This document shows, one piece after another, positions 49,401 through 61,400 of a DNA stretch of 64,000 bases. A program made the translations under genes and the position numbers. The stretch is from Phoronis australis (lineage: Eukaryota; Animalia; Phoronida): NCBI GenBank assembly GCA_002633005.1, contig NMRA01000093.1:762505-826504 (forward strand), read 5' to 3'. Position 1 is the first letter of the stretch. Each line of letters opens with the position of its first letter. The notes beneath the pieces are model-generated. The model saw nothing but the letters and a program-made list of their open reading frames with translations. It did not search any database and was not told the origin of the DNA.

Positions 49401-52400
49401 CTCTAAAAGTTCTTTCCGTGATGACGTTGTCAACCCCAAAATCTTCGACGCTCTCTACACAGGAATGATATGACATTTCCACCCATTATCTGTATCAAGC
49501 CTTAGTACTTGAGTGTCTTTGCAAGTCCTCGTCTCCAAAGCGCTGTCAATTCTACTATGAACAATTATCTCAGCTTTTGTGACCATACGACTATATCTGG
49601 TGTCTTCGCTACATGTGTTGTAATTACTTCTCGTATTCCCACAGACATCTTCCAGTCCTCAGACTTGTGAAACAAACTGAACAGTGGAATTACATATCTT
49701 CCGTTGGCTGGTCTTCTTTTTAGACCCCTTTCAGTATCCAGTATGCGTAAAAGAGACTTCGTTGTGCTTCCACGTGGACGTGAACTTCGTTTTACACGCT
49801 CAAAATGTATGTTGCGCGATTCCACACTCACTGAAGATACCAAACGTGCCGTCTTCAATTTTCTACCACAAATTCAAATCCATTGGCGTGGGAAGTATGC
49901 CGCAGAGTGTTCGGAGGGAGACATCTCCCATCTCAAACGGGTCTTCCAAGCTGTCGACATTAGTATATTCTGGAAGTATTTTTGAGAATCAACAGTTATA
50001 CTTTCTCTGGTATGCCGTACGTCTTTATTTCCATGTCTCACAACAAGTGTGGCACAAATCTGTAAGCGTTTGCTAAGTTCAGTCATAAGATTGCTAAATC
50101 CTTAGCCTTGTTCTTGTCTTCTCTGATAAGCTCAGAAAGCACACTAATGTGTACCACGCAACCAGAATATCCAGGCATTCCGTCTCTCTGTCACCTCGGG
50201 GACTGCTGTACCTGCGCTCCCAGTTGCATACGTTGTCAGTTGTCAGGATACCATGCAGCAAATATCTCATCCTCTACTCTGAGAAACAAAACCGGTCGCA
50301 AGACTCCTATCTTCTTTGCTGGTGTTGTATTCGGTATGAAACAACTATTGGTCTTGTCCCATGCACTCGGGAGTGTTTCGGATTTCCAAATTATCCTCAT
50401 CAGCGTCCACAGTCTTCTCTGTGGAAGAGGACGCTACTTGCAGACTCTATGAGACAACCCTAAAGGTTCTAGAGCTAAACCCATGACAGCTTTATCTCCC
50501 TAATTGCGAAGGCTGCCTCTGGTTGGTCTTCTCTGGTAGTCCAGCCCAGCGCTGGGTCGACATGCACCTTCTTCAGACGAGACTCCAGGGCCTCGAAATC
50601 GAAATCGAAACTGTTTTTTTTTGTAGATTTTCCGTCCTAGATCCACAGACATCTTCCGGTCATCAGACTTTTGGAATGAACCCGGCTATTGAATTACTAC
50701 TGTGACAGAAACTTTATAATGTGTTAGGCAGCGTTGTTTGTGTGTTTTCTCTGTTCCAACGAAAACCCGTATTTGTGAACATTGATGTTTTAAATAAAAT
50801 AATCTTTCAATTAGAATCATATTTATATTGAACACGTCAAAGTGATAGTCATAACTTACAGAACGGATCCATCCATTATCGCAAGAGTAATTTTACTGCC
50901 GGAGAATCAGCCGTAACAATTATAAGAAAAATACTTTTGTAGAATGTAAATTTATTCGTTTTGTAATTGTTATCTTACCGGCTCGCATAGTATGCCTACG
51001 ACCGGTAAGAATTAGAAAAATTTTGGGAGAAAATCAAAACACGTCTTATCTTGAAAAGAAATTCGGCTGAGACTCCTCGTGAAAACCAAACGCCGCATCA
51101 AATGCGATACACTAAAAATAAACCAATAAGAATACGCCGCAAAGAAATGTTCATAAACGTCATACACCATTGTTGACATCAAGCTTAGGTAACAGCTGAA
51201 AACTTAAACAAAGTCCGAGTACTCCTGTTACACTACTATTCAGGTGGTCTTTTTCAGTTCTCCTTCATGTATCCAGTTCAAAAGACCCTTTAGCACTTGG
51301 GTGTGCGTCCACGCGTACTTACCCCCAACTAATGTCGCTTTAAAGGCTAATCCACACGTAACAAAGTTCCAGGCTCATCTCAACTGGTGCACGTGTCGTC
51401 TGCAGCTACATTTCACAGACTGAAAATCCTGGACGTGGTTCTGAAATTTTGACTTTCTGCACATATCAGGTGTTTGGAAACATCTTCTTTCTTCAACAGG
51501 TGTCTCAAGCTGTCAATTCTCTTGGCTGCTTCTGTAAGGTGATTGCGACTGTATTACACTTGTTCACACGTTGCATTTTCGAGTGCTTTGCTCTTGTTCG
51601 TACCAATTTAATGTAACCTTCTCTGTTGAATGCTCGCGTGAATCCGATAGTCGCGAGAGAGCACGCTCAGATTATGTTACAGTGGTGGAGTTCATAGCAA
51701 CCCAACATGTTATTGTGAGAAAGGGTGCGTCTCACTCGCTCGTACGAGTGCTTCGCAATGGTCTCTGTACAATGAAGGCGTGAATCCAAAAAATCGCTTG
51801 AGGGTTGAAAACATTTCTTTGCTGTTACCCGTGGCAGACCTTAGATTGTAATCTACCACGGATACCATCCCCAATGACTAGGACTGCAATGAAGGCGTTC
51901 CATCTGAATTTTCTTATTGAAAAAATGTCCTTTGACAGCAAACTAGAGAAATTTTGGGACTGATGTTATATGTAGTTGTTGTTGTTGTTGTTTTGTTGTT
52001 GTTGTTGTTTTTGTTATTGTCACGCGTATTATTTAAAGGCTGATAGGAGAATGTTATGTGCCTCTACGAGATTTGCTTGGGCCCAACAACAACAAAGAGA
52101 TCAACGCTAAGATGATGAAGAGAAAGTCATCTCAACCCGTGTCTGGGGTAAGTGCTTGTAGCCATTTGCAAGAATAATCCTCTAAAATAAATGTGTTTGA
52201 ATACTGTACATTTTTATTATAAGAAACCCAACATTCAATGGGTGTCTCAAGTGAAGCAAGGGACCTTCCCCCAGAAATGCCCGGTGGGTCCCTCGTCACA
52301 CGAATGAGTACGGACTCATACATCAATTATCGTTCAGTATATCAATTTGTTTTTGAGAAAAGTGAAAAGCAATATTTTCTAAAGCAATTCTTGAGTCGCT

Positions 52401-55400
52401 GATAGTTTCTATGGTTTTCTATGTTTTTTTGAGCTTGGTGTAATCACGCTTATGTACCATACTTGAAAACACCTGACTGTGGCCCATAGATTTTCACAAA
52501 CTAACAAGAGTAAAAAACTAAAAGACGTAAAAACTGCCACTACATTTAACATTTCAGTGCACCGTAAATCTTCAGCTCGCTTATAATCCCCCAAAAGAAA
52601 GGAGGTCAAGTGTCAACGCGAGCGGTTCAAAGGCTGCTAGTGGTAAGTAAAACTTCAGCACACACTTATTGAAGACATTATTTGTATTTATTCCATCTGA
52701 TTTAAGAGGGCCCTACCATATAAGCCACTTCCTTAGCCTACAACAGTCCGTTAAGGATTGCTAAACACGTAATTTCAAGATTTCAAAGATTAACTTCTCT
52801 TGTTATTTTAGATGTATTGGGCTAACCAGATAATCCTAGCAAAGCCTTAGCAAAATAAGAAAACGAGAGTTTGAAAAAGATGTTGTATCTCATTAAAACC
52901 GTAAATAGGTAGCAAGCGCCATCCTGTGACTTTCCGGAGAATTGTGCGAACAAGTATAATCAGGAAAAGAAACAATTTGTAAATAAAATGCGGTTTTAAA
53001 GAAGACACAACTTCTGATACACTTAAAAACGATTATGAACATATAAAAAACCATAGTAATTCCATATATTAAGAACTATTAATTGATAGTGACATGAACA
53101 AATAATAAAAACTGTGCCTTGTTTTGTTAGGGTAACGATGACATATCCCCATACTAATTTACATAAAAATAATCTCGCAAAACGAGATATTTGCGAGATT
53201 GTAATGGTAACTGGTTTCCGACACACCAGAAGACCCGGAGTTGTTTGTAAACTAGTACTTCATTTGCATATTCACAATTTAATGAGACATAGAATCCTTA
53301 ATTATTTAAATGTAGGCCCGTCAAATGATAGATGAAGTTGCCTTTTCGTGTCATATTACGTCACCAGCACAAACAACAACAATTTACACGAGTTATCTTT
53401 CAAGATAGGCTTTCAAGTTTTTGAAGTTTTTCTTCAAAGGAGGCCTTTTTCATACCCTTTTTACCTAAAATAAGGTTGGCTGATTATCCCAGACATGTGT
53501 TCCGTTAAGGCTTTCTGTAATATTATTAACTAGTCGTGCTGGACCACTCCGGAAGTAACAATTTCCCGCCATTTTGTTTCTGTGTTCGAGTTTAGTGTGA
53601 GGATCCTTTCCACTGTTATTTTCGTGCTGGTTTCCTAAAATTGCCTTCACCACTTCTCATTGACGGGTATTCTAAGACAATTAACCTAGTTTGTTTGAAA
53701 ATTCAGTTACGTTGGAGATGGGGATCGTTTAGTTTGTGGTAGCCTGAAAATGATTGGAGTTGGCGACCCACGTCACATACACATGCCAGTAACGTGAGTG
53801 ACAGAGACATTGTTCGTAACGAACCATATTTTTACTAAAAATGACATGAAAAAAGGTTTCCGTCTCCTTTAAAGAACTGGTGTACGTGCTAAGTAAACAA
53901 GCACCTTAAATCGCGGAGAAAGGTTTAAAAATTGGTTTGGTTTCAGCCCATTAGTTTTTAAACCACGTCGTTTTTGCGTTTTATTTGTATACCAGAACAG
54001 TTCAATTTTGTATGACGGACGCCAAGGAGAGGTCAAAATCTGGCTGAAACATAAGTGGTATATCTTTTCAATCAAGTTTTCTGTTGGAAGAGAGGACGGA
54101 AAACACATTTTGGGATTACTGCTGGGTTGGATAGACTTTCCGAATGTTATTAATTGAGATTTAACTGAAATCGAGACCGCCTCATATAGTTGGCTACGAG
54201 TTGCATTGACCGCCAGCACTACTAGCAAAGCCTCCAACTGCTATCGCTGCGGTCGTGGACTCTATTAGATCTTGGTGCTGATCTCAAATACACAATGCTG
54301 TTGCCGAAAGTGTCACTTTAAAATTAAGTTCAACTTATTTTTATTCCAGGCAGCAAGATAGACATTGAAGAAAGTAAGTTTAAAGGATACTAAGCCCTGT
54401 TTTGTTGATTTCAACCAATCCTCTTTCTGTCACCTGATAATGCATCATTGTCATTGGCATCCCAGCTGAGCGATAAAAGAAGCATTGAACTAAAAATTCA
54501 TACTCCCTATGTCACAGGTTGGATGTTACGGTTCTTGGTGGGTGGTATTTCCCCAAAGTCACCGTGTAGCTCGCCTAGAACTTGGCCGTGCTTGCCCATT
54601 TAGCAGATTTCGGATGGAGTTTTTTAAATTTTGCTCCAAACTTTTGAAGTTTGTCGAGGGTTACAAAGCATTATTTGGTTTCTGTGAAGTGGATGGGAAG
54701 GTCGTTTTTAATATCTGTTAATTGGCCAAAACCGGATTTGGTATTGTTTCAAACAAACACAGCTTCAGGTAAACATAACGTCAAGATGTATTTTTCAAGT
54801 TTAACAAACTGCCACAGCAAAAATTCACATTTAAAAACATCACTTGATTCTCTCCGCTGGTTGAGCCACGTCAACCTGCTAATCTGATTGACTTTTGGTG
54901 ACAATGTCCAGCTCACGAACCAATCAGATGTCCCAGCGGGGTAGCCTTCTGTAGGCCTTGCAACATCACGCGAGTGAATGGCGCATGTTTCGTGAGTATG
55001 CTCTAGACCATATTGGCAGAACCTACTGAAATGGTAGTCAGTGTAGTGATTGGTAGGATGAAATGTTGAATTACGGCATATGATTAATGAATTCTTGTAT
55101 AAAACTCACTCTTTCCGTTCCTTGAATAAATATTTTCCGCCACAAATACAGACTAATTTTTAAATTCACGGCGTTCAGTCCCGAATAACTCGGATGAACC
55201 CGCGGAGAGAATCAAAGTGTAGACTCAAACTTTGCTGGCAGCATGAGTTTTGGAGTAGACGATGCTCTGACTCTATGAGGTTGCGTAGAGCCTTGTGCCA
55301 TAGTTGTGTTGTTTGCACCCTTGACGCTCAATACATGTTGCGCTAGAAGGTATTTCATTTTTTGTTGAGGCGAAGAATTCGACAATGTGATGGACGAGAA

Positions 55401-58400
55401 GGAGGAAGAACCATCACCGGTCAAGAGTAAGAGGAAATCAATGGCTTCCAAACAGAGAGTGTATTCTAGCAAAGTACAAGACTTTCAGGTAGCATCTCGT
55501 TTTCCTGTTGTCACAGAGTTTAGGCCAAAGCATTTTACAAGTGGTTCTCGTCAGCATCTGACTCATATGAAACCTATGCCTCCAAGCTGATATCAGGTGA
55601 GGATAGAGGTGAAAATAGGAAAAAGGGGCCCAATCCATTTCAGCTGGTCAGGAGACTTTTCTTTTTGGGAAATATGGACAAGTAAAACAAGCCTCATCAC
55701 CGCATCGATTTTCAAAAAATACAAACAAAAACCAGTTATAGTAGTTTCTGGTCCTATAAGACTCGTGTAAGGTTCTTGTATGTCACGAAGGGTGGGTTCA
55801 ATATAAATTGAGTATCGATATTCCATGCGCGACGTTTGAAAATGATGTAGTATTGACCACGACCGTATTCAATATTTATAAAGTACCCAAATGATATATT
55901 TCAAATTCACATCATGGAAAGAAATTCTATTTTGGAAACATTTACGCGGCGATTTCAATAACAGCGAAACGAGTTAACGAGGCCTAATGGACTCGAGTTG
56001 CTTATAAAGCGACTAACATTCACTTCAGCTAAAGGGGATCACTGAACCACCGCCACCACCACCACCACCACCNNNNNNNNNNNNNNNNNNNNNNNNNNNN
56101 NNNNNNNNNNNNNNNNNNNNNNNNNNNNNNNNNNNNNNNNNNNNNNNNNNNNNNNNNNNNNNNNNNNNNNNNNAATAATTATGTACAACGTCATGGGTTG
56201 AACCCAAGTCGTTCGCCATACCGTTCGGATCAGAGACAAAGTGTATAGATTGAAGAGAATGCAAAGTACATTTAGCGTCGAGAAGGTTCGTAGAGGGATC
56301 AAAAGATGTGTTTCCGGAGCCTGCAGCAACAACATCCAGGCGGAAACTTCTCGGTGTTCCGAAGGACACCAAAGTTGCGCAGAAGTGGCATGACTTCGTG
56401 CGCCGAACGAGAGTGTGGGACGTCATCGTGGACCAAGCGATTCGGTCCGGGGCCACTCTGTGTTCTGCCCACTTTGAGGACACGTGTTTCGACTCCAGTC
56501 ACAGGAGACGTTACGATGAAGGCCTGGTTCAATAAAGGGCAATATTTATCATTCAGAAACATCAGCTCTTAATTCAGGATCGTCTGTTGGATGACTGGGT
56601 TCAGTTGACTCGCCGAGCCCGAGGCCGCTTCTCTCGCGGGAGGATCCAGTTCATAAGGCTCAAAGTAGAAAAGTACGCAGCCGGAAGCACATTAAACTTG
56701 TTCTCGCTTTCGTGCAACCCCATTTCCTCATCCTGGCCACCATTCCCATACGTTTCCTCATAGTATTTGTTCAATTCTTGCTCTTAATCATCGTCACTTT
56801 CAAATTCCCTGGTCTCCGCCATTGTTCAATGCTAGTCACTGATCTCTTGTGTTCAACCCATGACGTCACATCGCGGGAAATATGAAAATTGGCAAAATTG
56901 AAAGAAAAAACAAAATTTTGAGCTAATTACACAAAATAAACATGGGTTTAGCTAAATTTTACGTCATACATTTAGTCTGTGGCCACCGGTAATTCAAAAT
57001 GTGCAAAAATCCATGGTGTGTACTGTTTAAAGCCTCATGTTTCTATGCAATTTTCAGGTTTTTAGTTCACGCCGGCTGAGATCTGATTCACTAATTGGGT
57101 CATTTCAGGTATGTAATGCTACACAGTTATCACCACAACGACCACCATCAACAGAATCGATGTCATGCATTCTGTCACTCTTTGCGTTCTGCATACTAAA
57201 ACCTCTAAAAACGTATTTCCAACTAGGTCTCTTAAAAGAGGCAAAGTGGGCTACACAAAATCGAAAAATTACACTTAAGATCACAGCTATCTGTCTTACT
57301 TTAGAGCACGTGTCCGTAACCATTCAGAACAAATTGGTAAATACTCTTCAAAAGTGCGTTTTTATTAAGCTTGAATGTCTTGTGATAACATCATTTTGTA
57401 CAATAGAACGAAGTACGGTAATTTTAAGCATTTGGTAAACTTACAGTGTGATTTGTCTTCGATATATGAACAAGGAGGGCATGCCATATTACACAAGTGG
57501 CTGTTGCTAAGTGACCCTGATGACGCCTCATGCAGTGTCCGTGGTTACCTTAAGGTGTGCACCGTCATTCTTGAAGCTGGTGTCGAGGCGCCAAGCTTCA
57601 GGTGCATATCTGATGATACTGAATTGGACATCGACGAGTAAGTTTATGATATATCAATTTTACTTGCCATCAGGCAGCAGTCTATTCCGTGGTCGCTCGT
57701 CTATCCCTTAAATCCCAGTCTCGGACCCAAATAATCAAAAAAAAAAATCCATACGCGAACCCCCTGGCTGGGTTCAACACTCGCGCCGAAAATGCTCCTT
57801 ATCTAGGGTCTAAATTCACATCTCGCTCTCACAATCAAGTTGGTGGCGACTACGCGGTATTTATTCTCAAAGCCCAGAATCACGGGCCACAGGTATTTCT
57901 AGGGCTTGATGCGTCATGTAAACCTTGCTCGGATCTTGAGCAGCTTGCGATCCTTAGAAAGTCTAGCTATTGGGCGTTCCTGGTGAAGTCTCTTGTTATA
58001 CAAGTCGTTACGTACCGTACTTTGTTACGGTAGTAATTTTGCAATTCATTTGGAGATGGACTAACTGGAATGTACTTTAAAATGACGCTTTATCAAAGGG
58101 CCGTCGGCTGGCAGACTGAAGGAGTGGGTTATCCTCCGGGGTCACGGCCTGGTCCTACACATGCGATAGATTGTGACCGACTCTTATGCATGCGCGCACC
58201 CAGCCTAAAATATAGGGGATTCGAATTTTTCAATATGTGGACCTTTTACTAAAAAGGGGACTAAAAACCCGGGTACTAAATTCAGACCTATGAATTGTGC
58301 ATTCTCGCCGAATTCCTGTGGACTTTTTTTCTCGTTTCTAGATTTTTTTCTTTGAGGCGAACCTTTCTGCCCACTTCGAGCCTCCCGAACTCCCCTGGGT

Positions 58401-61400
58401 GTGCCCAAGCACTGTGTCTGCTGATTGTTCATTTTAAATTAAATTCCAGTAAAAGAATTAATCCATCTTCATCTATTGAAGTAAAACTGGCTGACTCTAA
58501 ACATTCATTCATATATCGTCATTCTGTACTTCAAATACCAGCAGATTAACAAATAAGGCAAAACACAACCAGCTACAGTATTGTCTGGCTTCACAACAGA
58601 AATGTATTCTCGAACGTTTGGGCGTTCTGTTTTATACAAAAAGATAGTTAAATTAACAATATTACCCCAGCAGACCATGACATGCGTATTTTCATCTTTA
58701 GTAATCTGTTGCGTCCTCCTGGAGCGATCCTGCATCCTGGTACCCTGAAAGTAAAGGTGTACAGAGCAGAAGACATCCCACGAAGTAAGCAGAACTTCCT
58801 TGTTTGTGAACACACCAAAATATTAATTGAAACTTTTGGTGCCTGCTCTGATGCTCCCCTGTCGTCCCTCTTCAGGGGGGGGGGGGGAATAAGCCGAGCG
58901 TGGACGTTAACCCGGAACTGCACGCTATATATTTTAATACCAAGTATGAGTGGCAATATCTTTCAGCTAACCTTGAGATGAAGATTTACTTTGTAATGAC
59001 TTAGCCAATGCCTACCAGAAATTTAGTCCATCTTCATAAAGCGTTTTTCCTCAAAGGTCAGTGTCTCAGTCTTTAAAAACTTTTTAGTTATGAAAGATCC
59101 CTTAATGTGAATCTTTTTGGACGAAATTTTCCAGAATTTTGGCCAGAGCTTTTGCCGGAATTTCACAACAAAATCTTTACGCGCGTAAACACAACTATTG
59201 ATTTGTCATTTCCGTATTCATGGGATATATTTAAACGGACACCAAATCCGCTTTTACCTAATAACATAAAAACGACTTACCCATCCACTTCTTTGAAACA
59301 AACTAAGTCTCTGTAACCCCCAACAACCTTTAAAGTTTAGAACAGTGGTTAAACAGGCAAGTGCCACCTACGCTTTAGGAGAGTTACACGGCAACTTTAG
59401 GGAAAGACCACCCACCAAGAACCGGGATAACCAATCAGTAACACAGGTAGTACAGCTTTTAGGTGAATCCAGCCTCCCGTTCAGTAACTCTAGAACCTCG
59501 CTAAAAGGCAAGACTTCGCGAGATTACGTGAGATATGGCCGTGTATTTTAAATGAGAGCACGTGACTTTGACTAGGTTTTAGCTAGGTCCTAGCGTAGGT
59601 CCTAGCGTGTACTGAACGCACGCCAGCTTTCATCACACAACTGGGACGCCAAAATGCATTTAAAGGCGACACATTGAGGGTTGGTTTAAATCGCCTTTTA
59701 AGATTTCTGAAAAATAATGGACGGGCCCAATAACGACCTATGTGACACAACAGGGAGTCCTCCCACAATCCCACCTTTGTATCCTCAATTTACGGGCGCC
59801 TGGACGACGCTCAACATGGCTAGTCATTCATGAGGTGATGGAGTAAAGAGATATCTCGTCTCAGACGACAGAAATAGTGAAACGATTGCCGAAAGACTAA
59901 TGATTGGTCAAAGCTGCATTGATTAATGCATGAGGACGGATTGACTGGCTCTTTCATGGGAATTTTCAATATCACGTACATTTTCAGTGGATGCTGACTT
60001 CATAAACTGCATTAAAAGTGCCATAGGTTTGGATGAAGGAGAAAAGGATTACGTTGATCCATACGCGGTTGTTCAGTTTGCTGGGAAAAGTGTAAGTAGA
60101 CAGCGGGAGCAACTGGTCAAGTAAATACATAGCATGCGCCCAACTAGCCTAAAACATGGGAGGCTCAAATTTTTCGGTATGTGGACCTTTTACTAAAAAA
60201 ACGTTCACAGCTGTGAATTGTGCATTCGCCAAATTTGGTGGACTTTTGTCTCGATTTCTACTTTTTGTGTTGTTTTTTTTTCTCTGAGGCGGGCCTTTTT
60301 GCCCACTTCGTCAAATATTTAAATTTATTTACGTGTGTCTGTTTAGAACACGTAGGGTATGCTACAATAACAAATAACACGTTGTGCGCGAGTCTTGATC
60401 GTATATCGTTGCCGCGACCTCTACCGATAAATTCGGCGAAGTTTCGCTCTAACTTTTCCCTTTAACACCGAAGTTTCGGTGAGTACCGAAGCTTCGCTTT
60501 TAAATCCTACTATTTTCAGCGAAGTTTCGCGTGCAGATTAACTACTTGAGTTAACATTCCCCACTTACCAAAACTTCGATAAAAGCGACTTTAATTACCG
60601 TGGTACTGGTAACGGTATTAAGAATTCTTTATGCACCAGAAATAGAATTTGTCCCGTCATCGGAAAATATTCCACAAACGTATGCATTTAATGAAATTAC
60701 ATCAAAATACACCTCGTGCACCCAGGTTGTGACTAAAATATTGTTTCCAAAAAGACGTTCTGTGCATTGTGTTGTCTTTTCATAGGCAAGAACAAAGATT
60801 CTGTATGCAACGGATCATCCCGAATGGAACCAAGTACTTAACATAAAGATTAAGTTTCCATCAGTGTGCGAGAAGATAAAACTACAAGTCATGGATTGGT
60901 AAGTTAAAGTGACACTGAACGCCATCTTTAAGAACTGGCGAACCCCGATTGGCATTTATGGTTCTTGAAACAAGTTATTTTTCAAATGATATATTTTATT
61001 CATTTTTGCAAACAGGATCATCATAGATACTGCGAGTGTCCATTTATAAGCAGTAATCTGTTAAATGATTAAAAAAAATTGAAAAGTGATTTCTGTTTCA
61101 CATACTCAAACAAAAATGTACTGAGTACCCTTCGGGGCAAGAATCGTAATTTTTTAAGTCAATATGACTATTTGTAACTCCAGGGACCGTATTAATCGTG
61201 ACGACGTTTGTGGCTCCACTTTCCTGAGTGTTCCAGATATTTCCAAATCGGGCGATTTCGGTAGGTATACCTTGTCTATTCACGTGTTTATTTAGTTCAG
61301 CGTTTCAATTTGAAACTGTTTTTTAGTAAATCCTGGGGCCCAGTGCCCTTTTGCATGAACAGTCCCAAGAGGGACTCAACCACGTTCCCTAAATGTTCAG

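Noticed and set aside
49684-50463. Cluster of + strand ORFs of 90-130 aa as a nested gene
   Set aside because: They are antisense shadows of the decayed HERO-like ORF on the minus strand.
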